Shown here: piece by piece, positions 9,052 through 17,732 of the stretch
How the letters are laid out: the number at the start of each line of letters is the position of its first letter
How positions within the stretch are numbered: the stretch's first letter is position 1
NCBI GenBank assembly: GCA_964418255.1
Contig: CAYQKV010000001.1
Span: 150,901 to 214,900 of the forward strand
DNA: 64,000 bases
Direction: 5' to 3'
DNA from: an uncultured Christensenella sp.
GTDB lineage: Bacteria > Bacillota > Clostridia > Christensenellales > DTU072
Notes under the pieces: model-generated
The model's input: only the letters and a program-made list of their open reading frames with translations
Databases searched by the model: none
Told to the model about the DNA's origin: nothing
Position numbers and translations under genes: made by a program

Positions 9052-11822
9052 CAGTTGAATATTTTCTTGTCAATATCGGCGACGAGCGAGCCGTATTCGA
9101 GATTAGGTTGCATCTTTTTCAAAACGGAAGCAAACCTTTTCGCTTCGAGATAATTCTCCGCGTTTACCAGTTCTTTGATAAGTTTGACGATAATAAGAGC
9201 AAGTTCTTCCTTTAATTTTTCGTGTATGTCCGCAAAATACGTTATCTTAACGTCGCTCGCGAAACCGTCGCTGTACATACCGATAAGGCGGGTTACCGAC
9301 ATTATTTTCCTGGATAAGTCTTTCTCTTTTTCCGCGCTTTCATAAGTTTTCAAATATGCGTCGTAATCGGTCTCTCCGATTTCTATTTTCATCGTGTATC
9401 TCGAATTCGCGTATTCGAGCTTAAACTGTATTCCTTGCGCAGATAGCGTATTCCTTATTATATTGTTAGTCGTTTTCAGGTTGTTTATCGCGGAAACGTA
9501 AACGTAGTCTCCCCAAAACATTTCTATTATTTCATTCCTGTCTATTCCGCCTTCTCCTTTGAGAACATACAATAAAAACAATTCTTTCGCTTTTTTCGTT
9601 TTCCAGAGAAGTTCGCGACCTCCGACGCTTACGTCGGTATTGCCCATAAATTTGATTTTCAACGCGCCTTCGGTATTTATACGCGCGTTTCTTTCCTTAA
9701 TTTTGCTTTTAATGAAATTAACGTACTCCGTCTCGATTCCGTTTTGTTCTGCGTAAACTATTATAGGATTAAACAGATCTACGCATACGACTTCCACCAT
9801 TTCCATTCCGAAATTCTTGCTTGCGCCTAAAAACTTTTCCACAAGAGTGCGACACGATTTATAGTCGTCGCTCTCGAACATATATATAATGATAATAGCT
9901 GTGGAAATCAACCAGAACGCCGAACGCGAGGACGAGCCGACAACGCATTTACGCGCGTGGAACAAAGCCTTGTCTTTTTCTTTGTTGTGCCAGAAACAGT
10001 ACGCCGCCGCGCCGTGCATAAGCGCAAGATGTTTGCTTTCCGTTATCTCGCACCGTTTAAGATATAATAATACGAGGTCTTTTGCGTATTCGTTCATTCC
10101 CGTTTCCGCGCACATCATCGCTCTTATCGCGATTGCCGTAAGCAAAGTGTTCTCATCGCTCGACGCCTGCTTTACCGCCTCGTTCAGGTAATAAGTTGCG
10201 TCGCTTATTTTATTATGATAAAACTCGGTCAATCCCAGCAAGGCGTATGCGTCGGTAAGATTAGACGTTACGTTGTTGCATTTACTGCCCTCAATTATGT
10301 CCTTCGCCGTTTTTGCGGCAAGCTCCATATCTCCCGCAAAAAAGTACGCTCCCACCATATTAGACGGAATAACGTAAAAAGGAATTAGTTTCTTTATGGT
10401 ATTAAGGTGCCCTATTGCCTTTTTATAGTTTCCCAAATCGAGGTTGCAACCAACAAAGGTCTGCAACATATTGACATACCAAAACTCATCTGAAAATCTC
10501 TTGTCGAGCAAAAAGTTTTCCACCGCGCGAAACCTTTGAACGATTATCGACATATTGAGACTTTTAAGTCCGGCGGCAAGTTTTTCCACAACGGCGGTTA
10601 TCTTGACAAGATAGTCTTCGCCGTATCTCTCAGCTTTATCCCATACATAGTTTCTCGCATATTCCGCGCCTTCCGATTTTTTACCCGAGGAATAAAGCGC
10701 TCTTATCAAACAGCTCGTTATCTGCGGTTCGAGAGGATGCGTTTCGCTTATTTCCGATAAAATTTTGCGAGAAGATTCTTCCGCTTTTTCATACTCGCCC
10801 GCTCCGAGAATTTCGTAAATTATTTTGAAATAGCGCGCGTATAACTGTTCTTCGGTAAAATCGGGGAAGCTAATTTTCCCCACGCACGCGGAAAACTCGT
10901 ACAAGTGGAAAATTTCGCTCTTTTCGTCTACTATTTTTTTCACCGCGTCATTTATCTTTTTCCCGTCTCCGAGGGACAAAGCGATTTTCAATGCTTTAAG
11001 AGCGTTCCTTCCGTTATCTCCGATATAGTAAGCGTACAGCGCGTCGTTGTATTCTTCATCGGTAAAATTCCCGCCCTTTCCTCTTCCTTCCAGAAGCGCG
11101 GCGAGTTTGGAGTTAATGTTATACATATTGCCGCCGGTTTGCATAATCGAACTTCTGTACTTAAGCGACAGTTTATTTATAAGCTCGCTTCCGCCCGGGA
11201 TAACGGAATCGATAAATCCGCTCTCGGCAAATCTATGCTTAGACAGGGCGTGTAAAAATGCAAATTCATCCTCGCTAAGAGGTTCGTCGGCTATACTCTC
11301 GTCGAAATAAGTTGTTTCCGTCTGTTCTTTGCAAATAAGTTTCGGCGTGGCGTCAATAAAAATATTATAATTAAGTTCGAGGAATTTCTCGCTCACCAAA
11401 ACGATTTTCAGGTTCTTCGGACAATTTTTCAGTATCGATTCAATCGTCCTCGTATTGAACCCGCCGCTAACCGTCTCCATATTATCGATTATGAGAAGGC
11501 AGTTATAGTGCAGTTTGGCAATATAATCCAAAACCGCGTTCAGAATGACTATATCTTTCGTAAAATCAAGTTTGCAATAATTGTACTGTTCAAGCGACTT
11601 AGACATTTCCGGGCTGTCTTCGAAAACCTTGTACGCTATGGCAAGCGCAAGCGAATAATCGTTGTCGTATGACGCGTTAACCCAATAAGTCGTTCGGTAA
11701 TTATTCGCGAGGTCCGCAATAAAACCAGCGTTTTCGCCGTCCGTCCTGCTCAATATGATTGTCGAGCTGTTTTTACTCGACATTATTTCGTTTATAAAAA
11801 TACTTTCCGCCGTACTCTTCAT
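9051..11822 (-). CDS. Large regulator: degenerate STAND/MalT-like N-terminus, helical/TPR-like repeats, C-terminal SARP module (OmpR-type winged helix plus BTAD)
   Basis: 923 aa. The C-terminal 220 aa (IKFMGNTDVSVGGRELLWKTKKAKELFLLYVLKGEGGIDRNEIIEMFWGD...NNLKTTNNIIRNTL... then a helical BTAD-like region) fit the SARP pattern. The N-terminus has a Walker-B-like LLIIDNME but no GxxxxGK[ST]. Confidence 0.6.
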   Translation of the reverse strand: MKSTAESIFINEIMSSKNSSTIILSRTDGENAGFIADLANNYRTTYWVNASYDNDYSLALAIAYKVFEDSPEMSKSLEQYNYCKLDFTKDIVILNAVLDYIAKLHYNCLLIIDNMETVSGGFNTRTIESILKNCPKNLKIVLVSEKFLELNYNIFIDATPKLICKEQTETTYFDESIADEPLSEDEFAFLHALSKHRFAESGFIDSVIPGGSELINKLSLKYRSSIMQTGGNMYNINSKLAALLEGRGKGGNFTDEEYNDALYAYYIGDNGRNALKALKIALSLGDGKKINDAVKKIVDEKSEIFHLYEFSACVGKISFPDFTEEQLYARYFKIIYEILGAGEYEKAEESSRKILSEISETHPLEPQITSCLIRALYSSGKKSEGAEYARNYVWDKAERYGEDYLVKITAVVEKLAAGLKSLNMSIIVQRFRAVENFLLDKRFSDEFWYVNMLQTFVGCNLDLGNYKKAIGHLNTIKKLIPFYVIPSNMVGAYFFAGDMELAAKTAKDIIEGSKCNNVTSNLTDAYALLGLTEFYHNKISDATYYLNEAVKQASSDENTLLTAIAIRAMMCAETGMNEYAKDLVLLYLKRCEITESKHLALMHGAAAYCFWHNKEKDKALFHARKCVVGSSSRSAFWLISTAIIIIYMFESDDYKSCRTLVEKFLGASKNFGMEMVEVVCVDLFNPIIVYAEQNGIETEYVNFIKSKIKERNARINTEGALKIKFMGNTDVSVGGRELLWKTKKAKELFLLYVLKGEGGIDRNEIIEMFWGDYVYVSAINNLKTTNNIIRNTLSAQGIQFKLEYANSRYTMKIEIGETDYDAYLKTYESAEKEKDLSRKIMSVTRLIGMYSDGFASDVKITYFADIHEKLKEELALIIVKLIKELVNAENYLEAKRFASVLKKMQPNLEYGSLVADIDKKIFN

Positions 11823-11842
11823 ATTTTTGCCCTATATTGCTT

Positions 11843-11871
11843 ATGGTAAACTATCGGTAAAATTTTGTCAA
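11843..11871 (-). promoter_or_regulatory. Candidate promoter of the regulator-methyltransferase pair
   Basis: Minus strand TTGACA-17 nt-TACCAT. The -10 is weak. Confidence 0.4.
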
Positions 11872-11971
11872 ACGGAAAAGTCCGTTTTTTCTTTTGCCGC
11901 CTGACAATGCGACTATTTTTCGATAATTATTTTTAACTCGCAATCATTGCTTCCCTAACGCGTATATTTAT

Positions 11972-12000
11972 TTGACTATACGCTTTTTTTTTGATAAAAT
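11972..12000 (+). promoter_or_regulatory. Sigma-A-type promoter of asd-dapB
   Basis: TTGACT-17 nt-TAAAAT. A 7-bp stem / 4-nt loop hairpin (12016..12033, TTGCGGA-tata-TCCGCAA) follows in the 5' UTR, just before the GGAGG RBS (12036..12040). Confidence 0.65.
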
Positions 12001-12047
12001 TTAATTTAATCATTCTTGCGGATATATCCGCAAACGGAGGTCAACTG

Positions 12048-13049
12048 ATGAAAGAATACAATATCGCCGTAGTCGGCGCTACCGGAATGGTAGGAAATAA
12101 ATTCCTTGAAGTTTTAACCGAAAGAAAACTGCCCGTAAAGAATTACTATCTTTACGCTTCCGCAAAAAGCGCGGGTAAAAAAATTGATTTTATGGGCAAA
12201 GAACATACCGTTCTCGAACTCAAAGAAGAAAATATCGTAGGCAAAGACCTCGATTACGCTCTTTTCAGTGCGGGCGGCGGCACGAGCAAAGAATTCGCTC
12301 CGATTTTCGCAAAACACGGCATCACCGTAATCGACAATTCCAGTCAATGGCGTATGTATCCAGACGTTCCGCTGGTCGTTCCCGAAGTCAACGCTCCCGC
12401 AAGCCTTAAACACAACCACATAATCGCAAACCCGAACTGTTCTACAATTCAGGCTGTCGTCGCGCTCAAACCTTTACACGACAAATATGGCATCAAGCGC
12501 GTAGTTTATTCCACTTATCAGGCTGTCAGCGGCGCGGGCGTAGCTGGCTATAACGACCTTGTCTCGCAAGCTAAGGAAGGCGAAACCAAAAAGTTCCCCT
12601 ACCCGATTTTCGGCAACTGCATACCTCAAATCGACGTTTTTCTTCCCAACGGATATACCAAAGAAGAAGAAAAAATGATAAACGAAACCAAAAAAATCCT
12701 CAACGATTATTCGATTAAAGTTACGGCGACAACCGTAAGAGTTCCCGTAAGACACGGACACAGCGAATCGATAAATATCGAATTCAAAAAGCCCTGCACG
12801 CTCGAAGGTATCAAAGAATGTCTCAGAGCGCAACCCGGTATCGTAGTTATGGACGACGACGCAAACCTCGGTTATCCTATGCCGATTTACGCGGAAGGTA
12901 AAGACGAAGTTTTCATAGGCAGAATAAGAATAGACGACACCGTTGAAAGCGGTTGCAACCTTTGGGTAGTTGCCGACAATATCCGTAAAGGCGCGGCGAC
13001 CAACGCTGTTCAAATTCTCGAATACCTGATTAGCGAAGAGAATAAATAA
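12048..13049 (+). CDS. asd: Aspartate-semialdehyde dehydrogenase
   Basis: MKEYNIAVVGATGMVGNKF Rossmann N-terminus and IANPNCSTI active-site cysteine motif. ATG at 12048 with GGAGG 7 nt upstream. The ORF-track start at 11991 is a TTG lying inside the promoter. Confidence 0.92.
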   Translation: MKEYNIAVVGATGMVGNKFLEVLTERKLPVKNYYLYASAKSAGKKIDFMGKEHTVLELKEENIVGKDLDYALFSAGGGTSKEFAPIFAKHGITVIDNSSQWRMYPDVPLVVPEVNAPASLKHNHIIANPNCSTIQAVVALKPLHDKYGIKRVVYSTYQAVSGAGVAGYNDLVSQAKEGETKKFPYPIFGNCIPQIDVFLPNGYTKEEEKMINETKKILNDYSIKVTATTVRVPVRHGHSESINIEFKKPCTLEGIKECLRAQPGIVVMDDDANLGYPMPIYAEGKDEVFIGRIRIDDTVESGCNLWVVADNIRKGAATNAVQILEYLISEENK

Positions 13050-13072
13050 TAAAATAAAGATACGGTAAAAAT

Positions 13073-13822
13073 ATGAAAGTTATTTTTTATGGAATAGGCG
13101 GCGCGATGGGAACGATTTTCCGTTCGGTTGCGACCGAAGAAAACGACGTGGAAATCGTATGCGGGATAGATAAATATCCCGAAAAATGCGCTTGCGATTT
13201 TCCCGTCTATTTTTCCTGCAAGCAGATAAAAGAAAACGCGGACTGCATAATAGATTTTTCTATGCACGCCTGCATTTACGACTATCTGCCGTTTGCAATC
13301 GAACATAAAATCCCTTGCGTAATCGCATCTACGGGCTTTGACGAAACGGAAAACAAATTCATTGAAGAAGCGAGCAAAAAAATTCCCATTCTCAAATCGG
13401 GAAATATGAGCCTCGGAATAAACCTTTTGTTGCAACTCAGTAAAATGTGCGCGAAAGTCCTCGGAGACAAAGCCGACGTCGAAATAGTCGAACAGCACCA
13501 TAACAGGAAAATCGACGCGCCGAGCGGCACCGCTCTTCTCCTTGCCGACGGAATCAAAAGCGTCCTTCCCTCTTCCGAATACGTTATAGGAAGAAAAGGA
13601 TTATGTAAACGCGAAAAAGGCGAAATAGGTATTAACTCCGTACGCGGCGGCACTATCGTCGGTAAACACGAAGTTATGTTTATTATGAATAACGAAATAA
13701 TAACCGTTAAACACGAAGCGGAAAGCCGTTCCGTATTTGCTCTCGGAAGTATAAACGCGGCAAAATTTATCGTTAGAATGCCCTTAGGACTCTATTCGAT
13801 GGAAGACCTTTTCAATAACTGA
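13073..13822 (+). CDS. dapB: 4-hydroxy-tetrahydrodipicolinate reductase
   Basis: 249 aa. The EIVEQHHNRKIDAPSGTAL motif is diagnostic of DapB. Follows asd. Confidence 0.9.
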   Translation: MKVIFYGIGGAMGTIFRSVATEENDVEIVCGIDKYPEKCACDFPVYFSCKQIKENADCIIDFSMHACIYDYLPFAIEHKIPCVIASTGFDETENKFIEEASKKIPILKSGNMSLGINLLLQLSKMCAKVLGDKADVEIVEQHHNRKIDAPSGTALLLADGIKSVLPSSEYVIGRKGLCKREKGEIGINSVRGGTIVGKHEVMFIMNNEIITVKHEAESRSVFALGSINAAKFIVRMPLGLYSMEDLFNN

Positions 13823-13852
13823 TTTCGTTTTTTATTAAATTTTTTATAAATT

Positions 13853-13878
13853 AAAAGGCTGTCTTTCGACAGCCTTTT
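13853..13878. terminator. Bidirectional intrinsic terminator between dapB (+) and gap (-)
   Basis: AAAAGGCTGTC-tttc-GACAGCCTTTT. Confidence 0.85.
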
Positions 13879-13897
13879 CTGTATCTATGGATACAAA

Positions 13898-14982
<1,085 letters not shown>

Positions 14983-15003
14983 CTGTTTATCCGCACTTTA
15001 AGC

Positions 15004-15031
15004 AAAAAACGAAAGAATTTTTTTTCCTTCG
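15004..15031 (-). terminator. Intrinsic terminator after leuS
   Basis: Minus strand CGAAGGAA-aaaaaa-TTCTTTCG (8 bp including one G-U) followed by TTTTTT. Confidence 0.6.
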
Positions 15032-15053
15032 CTTTTTCGTAAAAACGCACGAC

Positions 15054-17450
15054 TTATTTTGCGACGATATTCAGTATTCTTCCTTTAACGTAGATAACTT
15101 TAATTATCGTTTTTCCTCCGAGAATTTCCTCTCCTACGAGCGCCATAGCTTCTTCCTGCGATGCGTCTTTTCCTACGACGATTTTGCCGCGGAGTTTGCC
15201 GTTTACCTGCACGGGAATTTCCACCTCGTTCAGAATCAGGTCTTCCTCTTTATACGTAGGCCACGACGCTTCGTTTATCTTCGCTCCGTCGTTTATTTTT
15301 TCGTACATCTCGCTGCAAATATGCGGCGCGACCGGGTACAAAAGCAGTAAAAACGTGTCGAGTTCTTTTTTCGTAATCGAACCGCGCGCGTAAAAAACGT
15401 TTATCGCACCCATAAGCTGCGCAATAGCCGTATTATATTTTCCCGCTTCGTAATCGTCGCTCACTTTTTTGATAACCGCCGCCATATTGATATCGTCGGT
15501 TTTCGTTTCTTTTACAATATCGCCAAGCCCCCATACTCTGTTAAGAAAACGGTAACACCCTCTCGTCCCCTCTATCGACCAGGGACTCGGTTTTTCGTAA
15601 TCGCCTATAAACAATATAAACGTTCTTAACGTATCCGCGCCGAATTCTTTAATGACGTCGTCGGGGTTAATTACGTTTCCGCGAGATTTACTCATTTTTT
15701 CGCCGTCCGCGCCGAGAATAAGTCCCTGCGCAGTACGTTTTTTGTAAGGCTCTTCGTCTTTTACAACCCCAATGTCGTAAAGGAACATATTCCAGAAACG
15801 GCTGTAAATAAGGTGACGCGTAACGTGTTCCATTCCGCCGTTATACCAGTCGACTTGTCCCCAGTACGCGTTGGCTTCGGGAGAAACTACGCCTTTATCG
15901 AATTTGGGGCTCATATACCTTAAATAATACCAACTGCTGCCCGCCCATTGCGGCATAGTATCGGTCTCTCGTTTTGCCATAGCTCCGCATTTGGGACATT
16001 TTACGTTCACCCAGTCCGTCAGTTTACTGAGCGGACTCGTCGCGTCGTCCGTAGGTTCGAAGTCCGCAAGGTCGGGAAGCCGCAACGGAAGTTCGCTTTC
16101 GTCTATGGCGACCTGTCCGCAGTGAGGACAGTTGATTATCGGTATAGGTTCACCCCAGTATCTCTGACGGTTAAACGCCCAGTCTTTCATCTTATAATCG
16201 GTCTTCGGCTTGCCGACGCCGATTTTCTCCATATGAGAAATCATTGCGGGAATCGCCTGTTTAACGGTCATTCCGTTGAGAAAATCGCTGTTTACCATCT
16301 CTCCGCCGTCTTTCGCTATGTAAGGTTCGACCGCAATATCCACGTCTCCTTTTATAACTTCTATAATCGGCAAATCGAATTTTTTCGCAAACTCGTAGTC
16401 TCGCGTATCGTGGGCGGGAACCGCCATAATCGCGCCCGTGCCGTAATCCATCATAACGTAATCCGCGCAAAATACGGGAATTTCCGCGCCGGTAATCGGG
16501 TTTATTGCTTTAACGCCTTTAACCTCTATACCGGTTTTCTCCTTGTTCATCTGCACTCTTTCGAATTCTTTCTTCAAAAGCGCCTGTTTCTGATACGCGG
16601 CTATATCGAGCGGATTTTCTATTTTATCCGCAAAATAATTCAGCATAGGATGCTCGGGACTTACGACAAGGAAAGTCGCGCCGAAAATAGTATCGGGTCT
16701 CGTAGTATATACGATAAGGTCGAAAGATTTATCGTCGGAATTAACCTTAAACGTAACTTCCGCGCCGGTAGATTTGCCTATCCAGTTTATCTGTTCGGTT
16801 TTTATTCTGTCAAGATAATCGAGTCCAGAAAGATTTTTCAAAAGTCTGTCCGCATAATTTCTGATTTTCAGAAACCAAACGTCTTTTTCTCTCTGAACGA
16901 CTTCGCTTCCGCAGCGGTCGCAAATACCGTTCTGGCTTTCTTCGTTGGCAAGTACGACTTTGCATTGCGGGCAGAAATTTACCATAGTTTTCGATTTGTA
17001 CGCAAGCCCTCTCTTGAACATTTGCAAGAAAATCCATTGCGTCCAATGATAATAATCGGGGTCCGTCGTATCAACCGCTCTGTCGAAATCGAAGGAATAA
17101 CCCACGCTTCTTAGCTGTTTATCGAAATTATGAATATTTTCGTCCGTAATAACTCTCGGATGCCTTTTAACTTTCATCGCATAGTTCTCGGTGGGAAGAC
17201 CGAACGCGTCATAGCCTATCGGGAACAGCACGTTATACCCTTCCAGCCTGCGTTTGCGAGCGACTACTTCCAAGCCGGTATACGCTCTGATATGCCCTAC
17301 GTGCATACCTACTCCGCTCGGATACGGGAACTCTATCAACGCGTAGAATTTCTTTTTGCTTTTGTCCTCTTCGGCGTGAAAAATGTTATTCGAATACCAA
17401 TATTCCTGCCATTTTTTTTCTATTTCTTTGAAATTATATGTGTTTGCCAT
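15054..17450 (-). CDS. leuS: Leucine--tRNA ligase
   Basis: 798 aa. HVGH (HIGH) and KMSKS motifs. The CP1 editing domain and zinc-binding cysteines are present. Confidence 0.96.
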   Translation of the reverse strand: MANTYNFKEIEKKWQEYWYSNNIFHAEEDKSKKKFYALIEFPYPSGVGMHVGHIRAYTGLEVVARKRRLEGYNVLFPIGYDAFGLPTENYAMKVKRHPRVITDENIHNFDKQLRSVGYSFDFDRAVDTTDPDYYHWTQWIFLQMFKRGLAYKSKTMVNFCPQCKVVLANEESQNGICDRCGSEVVQREKDVWFLKIRNYADRLLKNLSGLDYLDRIKTEQINWIGKSTGAEVTFKVNSDDKSFDLIVYTTRPDTIFGATFLVVSPEHPMLNYFADKIENPLDIAAYQKQALLKKEFERVQMNKEKTGIEVKGVKAINPITGAEIPVFCADYVMMDYGTGAIMAVPAHDTRDYEFAKKFDLPIIEVIKGDVDIAVEPYIAKDGGEMVNSDFLNGMTVKQAIPAMISHMEKIGVGKPKTDYKMKDWAFNRQRYWGEPIPIINCPHCGQVAIDESELPLRLPDLADFEPTDDATSPLSKLTDWVNVKCPKCGAMAKRETDTMPQWAGSSWYYLRYMSPKFDKGVVSPEANAYWGQVDWYNGGMEHVTRHLIYSRFWNMFLYDIGVVKDEEPYKKRTAQGLILGADGEKMSKSRGNVINPDDVIKEFGADTLRTFILFIGDYEKPSPWSIEGTRGCYRFLNRVWGLGDIVKETKTDDINMAAVIKKVSDDYEAGKYNTAIAQLMGAINVFYARGSITKKELDTFLLLLYPVAPHICSEMYEKINDGAKINEASWPTYKEEDLILNEVEIPVQVNGKLRGKIVVGKDASQEEAMALVGEEILGGKTIIKVIYVKGRILNIVAK

Positions 17451-17483
17451 TAAGTCCTCACATCTTGTTTCGTTTTTCGTTTA

Positions 17484-17512
17484 ATAATATCACAACAAGC
17501 GTCGTTTGTCAA
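17484..17512 (-). promoter_or_regulatory. Sigma-A-type promoter of leuS (no T-box leader)
   Basis: Minus strand TTGACA-17 nt-TATTAT. Only about 27 nt of leader lie before the ATG. Confidence 0.7.
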
Positions 17513-17553
17513 TTTATACGGGCTATAACGCAAAAGTAATACGTTCTTTTCAT

Positions 17554-17593
17554 AACAAAAAACTCGCAAATCCCTTAAAAGAATAAGCGAGTT
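17554..17593 (-). terminator. Candidate terminator after tRNA-Glu
   Basis: Minus strand AACTCGC-19 nt loop-GCGAGTT followed by TTTTGTT. The large loop lowers confidence. Confidence 0.45.
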
Positions 17594-17600
17594 TGTAAAA

Positions 17601-17675
17601 TGGTGACTCCTAGGAGATTCGAACTCCTGTAGCCGCCGTGAGAGGGCGGAGTCTTAACCGCTTGACCAAGGAGCC
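17601..17675 (-). tRNA. tRNA-Glu, anticodon CUC, CCA encoded
   Basis: Hand-folded cloverleaf: acceptor GGCTCCT/AGGAGTC (one G-U), D-arm GTCAAGCGGTTAAGAC, anticodon stem CCGCC/GGCGG with loop CT-CTC-AC, T-arm AGGAG-TTCGAAT-CTCCT, discriminator A, CCA. Near-identical scaffold to B. subtilis tRNA-Glu(UUC). Confidence 0.9.
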
Positions 17676-17686
17676 ACAACGCAAAT

Positions 17687-17715
17687 AATATAGCATAAAA
17701 CTTGCCGTATTGCAA
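17687..17715 (-). promoter_or_regulatory. Sigma-A-type promoter of tRNA-Glu
   Basis: Minus strand TTGCAA-17 nt-TATATT. It ends about 12 nt before the mature 5' end. Confidence 0.65.
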
Positions 17716-17732
17716 GCGTTTTTTATCGAAAA

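Noticed and set aside
11823-12047. Looked for a lysine riboswitch (L-box) upstream of asd-dapB, and for a degenerate third copy of the repeat (CGCAATC...AACGCGTATAT).
   Set aside because: The leader is about 40 nt with a single small hairpin, far too short for an L-box. The similarity to the repeat termini is limited to 7- and 11-nt patches without the hairpin block, which is compatible with chance.
17451-17600. Looked for T-box leaders upstream of leuS (and upstream of proS at 31932..32460).
   Set aside because: The leuS leader is only about 27 nt after a clear promoter. proS is preceded by a small lipoprotein gene. Neither region contains the AGAGA/GGTGNRA/T-box sequence elements.
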